Positions 51,881 through 64,000 of a DNA stretch of 64,000 bases are shown piece after piece (position 1 is the first letter of the stretch; every line of letters starts with the position of its first letter). Source of the DNA: Callorhinchus milii (lineage: Eukaryota); contig NW_024704743.1 in assembly GCF_018977255.1 (NCBI RefSeq), forward strand, positions 46,254,001 through 46,318,000, in the 5' to 3' direction. The position numbers and the translations under genes are program-made. The notes beneath the pieces were generated by a model that was not told the origin of the DNA, searched no databases, and saw only the letters and a program-made list of their open reading frames with translations.

Positions 51881-53325
51881 AACAAAATTGCAGTATTTGT
51901 CTTTAGAAAGAGGAGAAACAACAACAACTTGCATTTATATAGCGCCCTTCATGTGGGATACCATCTAGAGCTCTTAAGAAAACAACACAAAAAAGCTGGA
52001 GGACAAATAAATGGGAATAACATAGGATTCAAATCAGACTGGGAGTTCCAAACTTTCATGTCACCAATTCATTGGAGATTTCCCTTGACTGGAATGGAAT
52101 GTGCATTCTCTCCTTCGAGGGGTGCATCCCGCTGAACTAATTTGGAAAAATATTAGGCGCAGGTTAGCAAGAGCCAAGGTTTGGGGACTACTCAGAGTGT
52201 AGATTGGGGTATGCTGGAGTCTAACTAGCTAAAACTGCAGGCCATTATAAACACCGCAAGGCTAGCGCTTTGCTGCTTCTCAATCTAGGATCATTGTTAG
52301 GGCTTTGGCTTGCAAGGTAACAAGAACTGAGTAGGAAGAATCCCTGTCCCTAGTGACTGGTCATTTTAATCCAATTATGCTTATTACACTTATTGTGCTT
52401 ATTACCAATGCCATTTTTTTTAACATCAGCTTCTTGGGGGTCAATGTGTTGCCCATGCAATGCAGGTCAAAAGTTGACATTGTTTTCAATCATGTGTGAA
52501 TTCATTACAGCGTTAGTTTAAGGCGTTCTGCCAGAGCAAGTACAGTGTATTGATCTGTGAGGTTTGAAATTTACTGCTGATGAACTGTGATACTAATACT
52601 TGCTCAAATCAGCATTGGTGATGCTCGCTGAACACCCTAAGCCAGTGCCAGCACCTAGCTGGTGTTTTCATTAAAAAGTAATAGCTGCTTGGAGGCACTT
52701 GCACGCAAACGGAGGCAAAAAAATGCTCACACAGGCAAAAGGAAATGCTTTACAAGAAAGCTGGCCTCGTGTCATCTATTCCATCTGCTTACAGCAAGAA
52801 GATGGATGTCAGTAGCCCCCGCTGGGTGAAGGTCCTGGATACTGATACCGTGATCATTACTTGTTGTAATGAAAGCTGCTAGTAGGCCATGCAGGGGAAA
52901 ATGTGACGTGTGATGTGATAATTATCACCTGGACAGATAAGGCAATTAAATAGTAGCCTTAAAACCTATTCTTAATGACTTCAGAAGAATGGTTTGGCCC
53001 AGAGATGCTGAAGATTAAATACAAACATTTTTTTGTTAGGTAGTGAGCCTTGTGGCCACCGTTATTGCTGGCGATCAATGCTGATTCACCACTTACCAGC
53101 TTCCTTTTAATGGGTCAACACTCACTGACATTGAGCTCACACAAGGGGAGATATTGACTAAAAACAAAACACAAAATACTGAGATGCTGGAATCTGAAAG
53201 ATACTGACTGCTTGGGCAAGATACTGCTGCCATCTTTGGAACTTACCACAGCACTAGCCAGTAACATTAGGAGAGGAAGAAATGGCAGAGAATAAAAAGG
53301 CAAGAAAAATCACACTGGGATTTAA

Positions 53326-53612
53326 ATAAATCCTTACATTTGATATAGGGCCTTATCAAGTCATTGAGACATCTCAAAGCTCTTCACAGGATATACTATA
53401 AAGTGGACTAACTGTGAATTTTGTGGGTGAACATGGCAGCCAAATTGCACACAGCAATGTCCCACAAACAGCCATGGAGTGAATGACCAAATTCTATTTT
53501 GGAGGATACTTGGCCAGGACACCAGGCAAAACTCTCTTCTCTTCTCATAGTGCCATGGAATCTTAAACGTCCACCTGAACTTTGGTTTAATGTCTCATCC
53601 AAAAGATGGGAC
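53326..53612 (-). mobile_element. Deu-domain SINE
   Basis: Tail, core and Deu motifs as in other copies. Confidence 0.8.
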
Positions 53613-55049
53613 ATTAATAAACCATTGTATCCAAAGGATTCTTCCCACTCAGCTCCCTTGCAAGCCAAACCCCTACCAAGTAGGGAGGTCCCAGCTAGCA
53701 ATGTAGTGGGAAGGTTTGCCGGACAGTGCTATAAATAGCAAGATATGCGGTTTTAGCTGGTTGAACTCCAGCAGTACCTCAACAACAGTGTGGGGTTCAC
53801 AAGCCTTAGCTATTGTGCCTAATACTCTGTGAAATTAGACAAGCATGATGAATCCCTCCAGGGAGAGAAATCAAATTCCATTCCAATCCAATACACAGTA
53901 ACACAGTAATTTCCATGTGTAGTTGGGATGAATGGAAGCCTGTTTGGTTTGGATACTCTTATGAATGGTGATGGGTTTCCGCGTGTGTCAGACACCGCGC
54001 TGACCCAAAAAATTGTATTCAAAACCGTTACTTAAAAGAAATTTCACTTAAAATAGAATTTGAGGAAAAGTAAAGAATCTTTCCCTGGAGGCCAATAAAA
54101 AAACTAAACGCCATTTTTAATTGTTAAATGTGAAAGAATTAATTTATTAAAATGACTTGGCATAAAAATGTTAGGTTAAAAAAGTTTTGTTACTTTAATT
54201 AGGGTCCTTAAAATTTAAATGATATTCATTGGCTTCACATTTAATAAAACGAGCAGGGAAATTGTTGCTGCCAGGATTTTCAAAGTAAATATTTCAAATG
54301 AACATTTGTAGTCATTTATTAATGTCTGATATAATCCAATGGAACTAAAGTTAGTTTTATTCATCAACATGTCTTTTTTTATTATTTTTAAAAAATATTA
54401 TTTTGGCAGCTCCAAAAGATACAACCCCGATGGGCTGTCCTCTGTAGCTGACAGAGTGACATTGTGTTTCAGTTGCTGAAGTGTGAGTGTGGTGCTGGTT
54501 GTTAAGCTGCTGTTGCTGGATGATAGGGTGCTGGCAGCTTGTCAACTGGATGTCTTGACACACTCAAAACCACCTTGCTGTTTATTCCAGCTGCTTAGAA
54601 GGTACAAGTGGAGCTTCGCTTTACCAGGTCTGGAGTGCACATTCTCTTTCTGCGATCATCTTCCCCCCACCGTGCCCCACCGCCACACTCCCCCATTTAT
54701 ATTAGTAGGTTGCAAGGACCTGGTGCATTGTTGTGTGGTAGTTGATGGAGTGATAACTTACAATACAATTTACGTTTAGATAGCACCTTTCACATTGTGA
54801 GAATGTCACAAAGCACAATCACAGTGCTCGATGGGCACGCAAGCTAGGAGTGGGGAGGGGAAAGATGACCGGAAGCACAGACAAAAAGAGTTACATCCTC
54901 TTTGTGTGGAGGGAGGAACCCCAGATGGAGTTCCAGAGAGTGGGGGGGAGAATGACTGAATACCCACCTGCCAAAGATGGGGCAGTTAGGGCAGGGGATG
55001 TGAAGCAGGCTAGTGATGGCTGAGCAACTTGTTAGAAGTCTGCTGAATA

Positions 55050-55227
55050 CAGTAAACACCTGATAACTCATCGCTCCCAGGGAAAAGGGCTCAGTGACGA
55101 GTTATCCATAGTGGCGAGTTAAGCATATGTAAAAATACATAAATAAATACAGGCAGGCTATTGACAACATGATGACTTAAGTGGTAGTGACAAGTTAAGC
55201 CAGGGTCAAGTTATCAGGGGTTTACTG
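55050..55227. mobile_element. Tigger/pogo-type MITE (178 bp)
   Basis: TIR CAGTAAACACCTGATAACT vs CAGTAAACCCCTGATAACT (reverse complement), TA on both flanks, internal G(A/G)CRAGTTA repeats. Confidence 0.85.
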
Positions 55228-55297
55228 TATATTGAAGTTAATGTTATCCCACTGAGTTTTTAATGAGTGCTGGTGCATTGATGAGAGATATCAGGTT

Positions 55298-55614
55298 AAT
55301 AATGATAATAATAATAATAATCCTTGAATTTGATTTAGCGCTTTTCATGTCTTCCAGACGTCTCAAAGCGCTTCACAGAATAACTGTAAAGTGAATTGAC
55401 TCCATTTTTGTGGGCGAAACCGGCAGCTAATTGCGCACAGCAGTGTCCCACAAACAGTCGTGACCAATTTATTATTGTTTTTTGTTTTCGTGAACGATTA
55501 TTATTAGGTGTGAGAAGTAAGGAAACTTGCCCAAGGTTTTGCCCTGCAGGGAACCAAACCCAAGTCTCTCGCTTGTGAGGCAAGTGCTCTAACCACTGAG
55601 CTACAGGACTCCAC
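55298..55614 (-). mobile_element. tRNA-derived SINE, short subfamily
   Basis: Full head-to-tail match. Confidence 0.9.
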
Positions 55615-56329
55615 AGGTTAGCTTGTGATGTGGGAAATATCACATTGCTGAAAATTGCGATCAAATTATTTTATATTTATCGATTGGTCTAATTAAATTA
55701 AGGTGATATCCTGTGATGCAGCACAAAATGGCAACAATAGTGGTGGTTTCTGGCCAAAGCACCCATAGACAAGTCCATGATTATTGCATGGCTTCATCCT
55801 GGTTTGTGGCATTTTGATATCACCAGTGATAATTATTACCACATGTGACATTATTTTCACTATTTGGCCCATCAAGACTATGCAGGTGATTTCTCCTCAT
55901 AAGCCACATTGTCTCATCCCATTCTCTTGCTCGCTCTCCATATCCTTAAATAGTCTTCCTCTTTGAGCATTTATCCAACTGCCTTTTCAAGTAATTTTGA
56001 ACAAATGCTTCAATTATAGTGTTTGTGGCTCGATTCCATATTCCAGTCATTGACAGTAAAATCCTCATTCATGTCTTTATCACCTAGAGGATAGAGTGCT
56101 CCAACATTCTCACTAGCTTCTCAAGCTCCACCCTGCACAAGCTCTATCTTGTCCAAACATATTCAGCCCATATTCTGTCTGGTATCTAGAAGGGGGATTT
56201 TATTTCTGGATATGATATTACAGATTTCCACGTAGGCCTGGCTAGCCCTGTGGAATGAACTATTTCAGTCATCATAAAAGCTGTAATGGGAATACCCGCA
56301 GCTTAAGTGTTTCTGCTGACTTTGCGTTC

Positions 56330-57010
56330 GTATATTCTTACTTCCTATTTGCAGTATCTTGTATTTATTTATATTGAACTTCATTTGTCAGTCATCAGCC
56401 CATCTGAATCAAGCACTTCGAAAGACCTTTGCTACCTCCTCTGATTTCATAGTCTCCCCTCCACCCCTTCCCCACCTCCAACTTAGAATCATCTGCAAAT
56501 TCATTGATTTTTTTTATTGTTATCATCTTGCATTGGGCCTGCAAAACCAGTCTATGTACAAGGAACACTTTAGTGAAAGCAGAGTTGTGAAAGCATGACT
56601 ACCTGGTGTAACAACCAATTGTGGTTCTTTCTTAGTATTATATAATAGTAATCCACGCATTTCACATTGTATTACTAGGACCGACCCCTGAGCCACCCCA
56701 CTTAATATCTCCCCTGGCTCCCCTGACAAGGACCGTATGCTTCCTTCCATCAGTCAATTCTGAATTCATGCCCATGCCTTGCCCTTGATACCCAGTGACT
56801 ACAGTTTGTGGAGGAATCTTTTATGTGGTACTTTGTCAAACACCTTTTGGAAGTCCAGATATACTTCCAACGGTCACTTTGAGCTGTCACTTCCACAGAA
56901 AAGATCAGACAAGGCCTCACTCATTTTAGCTGTCATTTATTAGATTATTTTTATTCTGATAATTTTGCCAATTATTGAGGTCAGGCTAATGATCTATAGT
57001 TGCTAGGTTC
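56330..57010 (-). mobile_element. CR1 RT-domain fragments
   Basis: YLDFQKVFDKVPHKRFLHKL, SGVAQGSVL and KFADDSKL motifs on the minus strand. Confidence 0.82.
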
Positions 57011-58445
57011 CTTACCTTACCTTAGTGAAAGCACAGTTGTGAAAGCACGACACCAGGTGTACCAACTAGTTGTGATTCTTTCTTAGCATTATATAATAAT
57101 AATAAAAAAACATTGTATTTCATATAGCACCTTATCACGTCATTGAGACATCTCAAAGTGCTTCAAAGGAAATACTGTGAAGTAAAGTGACTGTGTGTAT
57201 TTTGTGGGTAGTCTAACTTTACTCTATTCAAGGCTGTTGGAGATTTTTACATGGGTATCTTCTCCCGAGTGTGTCGTCTACGCCCAATAAAAAGAGATTA
57301 ATCTGATACAATAAAATTGAATTCTTTGCCTGTGACGCTATATGAAAAAAAATCTTTTTCCAAAGGTGAAATAGTAGGCTTATTTGCATATTATGATAAA
57401 TACTTCCATTACTTCAAGTCTGTTGTCTGTACAACAATGTAAAATGGGTACGCTGTGGAATTCTTCTATCCAATGTGAATTTCCTGAAAAAGAAAATGCA
57501 CTACAATAGATTGAAATGATTTTTCATGTGTATTTCTATATAATGTGCATTTTCAGTCTGAAGACTTTATATGTAATAATTATAAATTCTTGCAATGTTC
57601 CAGAAGAGAAGCGGGCCAATTAGTCCATCAAATTTCTACATGACCCTTTCAACCCAATCCCATTCTCCTGCTCACTGTCCTTTAAATGGTCCTCTTTTCT
57701 CATGCAATTTTCTAATTACCGTTTAAAACAAGTTATGGACTCTGCTTCAACAACAATTTACTGCAGACAATTCCACACTCCAACAGCCCTTTGTGTAAAG
57801 ACAAATTTTCCAATCTTCCCTTTAATTTCTTTTGTGATTACTTTAAAGTGACCCATTATATAGTGCTTACTCTTAATTTACAGACACTGCTCAGCCATGC
57901 AGTTGTGTCTGCAGTGGGTTTTAGTCTTTCGTCTAGCAACACATGGTTCACAGATAACTCAGATGGAACAATCGGCACCTTAATGTCACTGTTCATGCTT
58001 CAAGCTGATTTTTGAGGCTTTTCTTCAAGTTATATGTGGGGAGGGGAACGACTTTTCTTTCTTGGGGGAGGGGAATTGATTAGTGGCACATTTTCCAGTA
58101 TACATCCGCAGGCCCATTGTGCAAAAAGCCTGTTAGCCAAAGGCTCTATCCTCGGTCTACTTTTCCTCATCTACATGCTCATTTTTGGTGGTGTCATCCG
58201 CAGACATACTGGAATCCCTTCAATTCTCTCCGTCCATCATCTTGTTCGAGCTCTGTCTCAAGGCTTACCTCACTGACCGTGTTGTTGGTCATCCTTGCCC
58301 TCCCCAACCCCCTCGGCTCCCAACTCCAACTCGGGTCCCAGGACTGTTAAAGCCTTGGGATGTCCTCCCAGTGTGAAAGGCACGATATGAATGTAAATTT
58401 TTATTGTATTGTATAAACACCTGCATCATGTATTGTATAAACACC

Positions 58446-58761
58446 TGTGGAGTCCTGTAGCTCAGTGGTTAGAGCACACGCTTTGCAAGTGAGAGACCTG
58501 AGTTCAATTCCAGGCAGGGCGAAACCTTGGGCAAGTTTCCTTACTCCACACGCCTAATAATAATCCCTCCAAAACAAAACAATAATAAATTGGTCATTTT
58601 CAATCTACGACTGTTTGTGGGACATTGCTGTGCGCAATTGGCTGCCGCGTTCGCCCACAAATATACAGTCAATTCACTTTACAGTCTATTCTGTGAAGCG
58701 CTTTGGGACGTCCTCCCGACGTGAAAAGTGCTATATCAAATGCAAGGATTATTATTATTAT
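58446..58761 (+). mobile_element. tRNA-derived SINE, short subfamily (young)
   Basis: Near-identical to the copies at 12174 and 39418. Confidence 0.93.
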
Positions 58762-59666
58762 CATCTCCCATATCAAACTCTGTATTCACCTCAATTGCCC
58801 CAGTGATCACCTGGCTCCATTTGCGACATATGGATTGATTTTAAGGTTCTCACCCTCACCTGTACATCCCTTTATGCTGCAGCTCTTTAATCTTCTATCC
58901 CACTCCTCTGCTCACCCCTCTGCTTTGCTAGCTCGGGCTTTTTGCCTATCCTCTGCTTCCTCTGTGCCACATTTTTATATTCCTCTCTGCCACCATCAGT
59001 AGTCAAACCATCAGATTCTATGTCCCTAATCTTTGGAACTCCCTCCCTCTACCCCTCATCTCACAGCCTCTCTATTACTTCCTAAAACCTACCTCTTCAC
59101 CCAATGCCTACGGTTTGCTTACTTCCCACTACCACCACCCCGAGACTTGGCATGCAACCACCTCATTGTGAAGTGCTCAGAAATGTTATCCTACGTGACG
59201 AGCACTATATAGGTGTATATTGTTGTTGATATTGACTATCTTATAATATGGAAAAGCAGTGGTGTGAAGAATAACTCCAGGATAAACACTATTCTGATCA
59301 CTTAATCACAGAATCCTTTTTTTTTCACTAACATTCTTTAATTTCCACCTCCCCATAAATAGCAAGATTCTGAGGGTCCTTTTATATTGCAAGCACATTA
59401 GGGCAGTGTGGAGTTACTGTATAAAGCTGGCTCATCATCGCACTCTGCTTCGCACATATACTACGCTTGGCTAATTGGTATTGGAGAATTTCTGAACTTG
59501 TGAACTTTGGGCTTCAAGTTTAAAAAAAAGTTCACTTTGTACTGTTTGTAGTTATGATGTAGTCAGTAAAAAGCCAGAGGGGTGTGAGGCTGCCTGCTGG
59601 AGGCAGGTTCACTTTCCTTAAAGATGAATCAATCCCTCTTATTGTGAAACTTGCATTGAATCAATA

Positions 59667-60037
59667 TGTGGAGCCCTGGAGCATAGTGATTAGTGCGCTC
59701 GCCTCACAAGCAAGAGGACCTGGGTTTGATTCCCGGGCAGTGCAAAATCTTAGACAAGTTTCCTTACTCCACATGCCTCTGTTTACCTAGCAGTAAGTAG
59801 GAACCCAGTTGTTAGTCAATTGGCAGATTACTTTCCGGGGATAATAAACCAACCCCCAAAAATATTGGGTCACTTAATCCACGACTGTTTGTTGGACACT
59901 GCTGTACGCAATTGGCTGTCACATTTTGCTCACAAATACAAAGTCAATCCACTTTACAAGATATTCTGTGAAGCGCTTTGAGACGTCTCAATGGCGTGAT
60001 AAGGCACTATATCAAATGCAAGAATTATTATTATTAT
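59667..60037 (+). mobile_element. tRNA-derived SINE, long subfamily
   Basis: Head, internal block, core and (TTA)n tail. Confidence 0.9.
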
Positions 60038-60961
60038 AAACTATCACTGGCCCATTGCACTCAGACTGGACACATGTCATGTTCAGTTGCTGCCATCATT
60101 GACTCTTCTCTATTTAAAATGCTTCTGCCTCTTATTTTACATCTCAGACATTGCTCCGTTGAGCTTTTGCCAGCAACATTAATTATTTAAAATGCCGAAA
60201 GACTGCCCGCAATGGATTTAAATGTTTAAATTAAAGCTTTCCCACCCAGACCTGAGAACAGCTGGAGTGGAGAGAGATCCACTGATTTTGTTGTATGCCT
60301 GCTAAGCTCCAAAGAGGATCAGTGTTTGTTTTAGGAGATACTTGGTGGGTCATGGCGTTTCACTCAGCAGTAAACTAAGGATTAGTAAAAGGATCAAAGA
60401 AATAATGGAGGAGCACATGTCACCATTGTCAGGATCCACATTAGAACTCAATTCCAATTGTTGCTAGCTTTTGGATTGGTGCTTTCAATCTTTCTATTCT
60501 TGCTTGAATATTTTATTTGTAAACTGCTGATCATATCACCAGTAGGGCTTGGCTAGAGGGGCATAACAACAACTTGCACATACACAGTGACCTTCACTTA
60601 GGGTAATTTCTCAAAGCATTTCACAGGCACAGTGTCGAAGGCTGAGTAAGAGAGGAGAGGAAAGGGAGGTGGCCAGAGGTGAAGTCAAAGAAGTAGGTTT
60701 TCAGGCAGGATTAATAATATAATAATAATGCTTGCATTTAATATAGCGCCTTATCATATCTTCGATAAGTCTCAAAGCGCTTCACAGAATATACTGTAAA
60801 GTGATGAACTTTATATTTGTGGGTGTAACGTGGCAGCCAAGTGCGCACATCAGTGTCACACAAGCAGTCGTGCATTTAAAGATAGAGAGAGGGTGAAATG
60901 GAGGGATAGATGGGAGCAGTTCCAAAGGATGGAAGCGTCATACCTGAATGCTTGGAAACTG

Positions 60962-61566
60962 ATAATAATAATAATAATAATAATCCTTGCATTTGATATA
61001 GTGCCTTATCACATCTTCTAGACATCTCAAAGCGTTTCACAGAATACACTGTAAAGTGAATTGACTGTATATTTTGTGGACGAAACACGGCAGCCAATTG
61101 CGCACAGCAGTGTCCCACAAACAGTCGTGGATTGAAGTGTCCAATTTATTATTATGATTATTATTTTTTTGAAGGAATTAGCTGACAGGGAGAGAATATC
61201 AGCTGACAGGGAGAAAATGGATGTTTCACTGAAAAACAACTCTCGCACATCATATCAGTAGTTTTTTTTAAATGTTCTGTGCATTGGATGAATCAATTAT
61301 GATAATTATTATCCACTAAAATCCGATAAATTATAATCCACAAACAGTTGTGGATTGAGTGACCAAATTTATTATTTTTTTTTGAAGGGATTATTACCCT
61401 TGGAAAAGCGATCCGCCAATCGACTAACAACAGTGTTTCTACTTACTGCTAGGTAAACAGAGTAGTGTGGAGTAAAGAAATTTGCCTAACATTTTGCCCT
61501 GCCGGGAATCGAACCAGGTCTCTCGCTTGCAAGGTGAGTACTGTAACCACTGAGCTACAGGACTCC
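60962..61566 (-). mobile_element. tRNA-derived SINE(s) split by a non-SINE insert (about 61172-61335)
   Basis: Tail/core at 60962-61175 and core/head at 61338-61566, with an overlapping duplicated core segment. Confidence 0.8.
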
Positions 61567-61659
61567 TTGGTGGGGTGGAGGATGAGCAGCAAGCACCAGT
61601 TTGCTAAACGGAGGGGTAAGCAGAAGAGCGCGGTGGAAAAAGATTACAGAAACACATTT

Positions 61660-61860
61660 TTAATGGGGTTTAAGGAGCAGAGAGACCTGAGGGTTCACAT
61701 ACACAGGGCTTTAAAGGTGGCAGGATAGGTTCATAGAGCTGTTGAAAAAGCTAAAATAGCAGCATAGAGTACAAAAGCAAGAAAGTTCTGCTAACCCTTT
61801 AGAAGTCACTGGTTAGGCCTCAGATGGAGTATTGTGTCCAATTCTGGGCACCACACTTTA
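61660..61860 (+). mobile_element. CR1 fragment
   Basis: QRDLRVHIHRALKVA and SLVRPQMEYCVQFWAPH. Confidence 0.82.
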
Positions 61861-63169
61861 TCCACAAGGTCACCAAGAAGATGAGGATCAATACTCCGTG
61901 CACCAACCAGTTGTGCAATGCACGACTGTGTCAGTCTTTCCATTGGCTAAACACCATATCTAACTTGACCGTGGTGAACCTTTCTTTGCGCGATGATGTG
62001 CAGGTTTTGGTGACAGATGGCAGAATCGTGGTGGTGTCGCACAGCTTGTGTGTAGGAATGACACACTAAAGTATATAGTGCTCAATGTTCATAGGACCTT
62101 TAATATATCTGCTTAAATTAGCCCTGGCGCATTTCTTATATAGGACTGATACATTGCTGCCAGAACTTGTGCCCATTGAAGCCAAAACCCCAAATCATGG
62201 CCGGTCTTCCATTGCTATCCAATAAATCCAAGTGCTGGAAATAAATATTTTGTGCATTTGAAGTATGATCGAAACCAGGTGTTTTCAAACCACCTGCCAA
62301 ACTGACTTGAAACTAAACTCTGTAGTTTCTTCACTAAAACCCGATCCCCTTGCCCTACAATCTGTATTTTCAGCTACAGAAAGGAAAACACTCAATGCGA
62401 CGTTTCCCCTGCATCCACAATAAAAATGCATAAGGTATTTTAAAATAATCCTACAATTGTCTAAACCTATTGTTCCAAGTACTGTCTGAAAAGAAGCATA
62501 GTACAAAATGTGAAGACTTATTACAATATAAAGACATTTTCTAAAAGAACATAGTGCTCTATTAGAGCTATGGAGTTTTAGGCTGCTGGATTTTACAATA
62601 CTTGGTTTAATTCTGCAAGCAGGGGGAATGTTAGCAGCACTTTTCATTTGAAGTTTGCCTGTCTGAGTGGGCTCGCTAGCCTAAATGGTTGTTCTCATTC
62701 CATGCTCTCATATTTTATTATGAGCTTTGACCACAGAGTCACCACAGACCATCCGGTTCTTTTCTTGTGGATGAAGGAGCCAATTGAAAGATGTTCAAAT
62801 ACACACGTACAATAGAATCCTTTAATTTGCTGTAATATAACATGGGTTCACTTATTCCTGGCAAGTTAAGGGCATGGATCCTGATATTTACTGTCCAAAA
62901 TATCAAAAGTACAGCAATGTAGAAAGTCATTCAAGCTCGCTTCAAAACACTGGCCAACGCTTCTCGCGTGTTGCAAAGTGGCTTTTTGAAGTAAGCCAGC
63001 TGTCTATGCACAAGTGTTGTGAGTGCAAGTTGTTGACCAGTGTTTGCGGTGCTGCGGATTTTATGGACTTTGGCTATCAAGTTATAACAGGGCTTCCCAA
63101 TACCAAATTCTGAATATTTTTTTAAGAAACTGTTACATCCATGAATCCAAGATCTGTCCACCAGATAGG

Positions 63170-63555
63170 AATTTTAAACTGTCTGCCTGTTCAGGTGGAC
63201 TTTAAAGATCCCACGGGACTACTTGCAAAGAGAAAATACTTTCTCCCAGGGTTCATGCAAACAATCCTCCTGATAAAATTGATCATTCACTTCAAGGCTG
63301 TTTGTGGAACATTACTGGTCCCAAATGAACCGCACATTGAAATAGTCTCACTACACTTCACAGTAATAAATCCCCCAAATAAAATTGGTCATTCAACTTC
63401 CTGGCTGTTTATGGGACATTGATGTGAGCAAATTGGCTGTTACATTCACCCACAAAATGCAAAACAATTACTCCACTTTACAGCTGTGAAGTGCTTTGAG
63501 ATGTCCTCCTGATGTGAAAGTTGCTATACCAAATATAAGGATTATTACTATTATT
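63170..63555 (+). mobile_element. Deu-domain SINE with an internal duplication of the core
   Basis: TAAAATTG.TCATTCA..GGCTGTTT occurs twice (about 63274 and 63381). Confidence 0.72.
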
Positions 63556-64000
63556 AGACTGCTGCAGATTGGCAACATTTCAATCCTATTTCAGATTTCT
63601 AGCCTCTTTCAGTTGTCCTTATTTCAGCAAAGACCACTACCTCAAACCATTCAGTTAAGTTCTCAATGGGTTGTTATATAAATACAAGAATCACTTAAAT
63701 ATTATATTTTCTAGCCTGTTAACTTATTTTATTGGTAGCCTGAATTTACATAGATTTACATAGACTATACAGCATGGAAACAGACCATTCAGCCTAACCA
63801 ATCCACGCGGGTGTTAATATACCACATGAGTCTCCATCCACTCCTTACTACCTTCCTTATCCTTCTATTCCCTTCTCCATCATGTATATACTGTATTTAA
63901 TATACACATTACAAATTCTCTGCAGTGATTTTACAGAATTTTGATTCCTGCTTTACACCAATTTCTGCTTTTCTCAGTGACCTTGTAGTTTGTGAATGTG

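Noticed and set aside
58527..58806. Recurrent ORFs MGKFPYSTRL.. and [11 protein letters not shown].. as a gene family
   Set aside because: They are chance readings of the SINE consensus, repeated because the SINE is repeated.

Overview
This is eukaryotic, AT-rich vertebrate DNA that reads as a large intron or gene desert. The repeat content (Deu-domain/SacSINE1-like SINEs, AmnSINE2-like SINEs, L2 and CR1 LINEs) suggests a cartilaginous fish, possibly a chimaera; that assignment is inference. I could not identify any protein-coding gene. The ORFs I could interpret derive from repeats, and the rest are short and unrecognisable. Supported content: about 14 copies of a young tRNA-headed SINE, many older Deu-type SINEs, L2/CR1/L1 fragments, a decayed Tigger/pogo transposase, several MITE/palindromic elements, micro- and minisatellites, and about 9 fragments of a further LINE-like family whose longest copy ends in a degenerate CCHC zinc knuckle. 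The most notable signals are: (i) repeated short, locally templated insertions, including a complex junction at an inverted SINE pair near 29.2-30.0 kb; (ii) a SINE/L2 shared 3' stem-loop with compensatory changes; (iii) a 39-bp hairpin at 24.9 kb; (iv) a few isolated exon-like segments and repeat-poor islands that may be conserved enhancers. I found no evidence of a new multi-gene system. All family names come from recalled motif similarity, not from a database search, and element boundaries are approximate.
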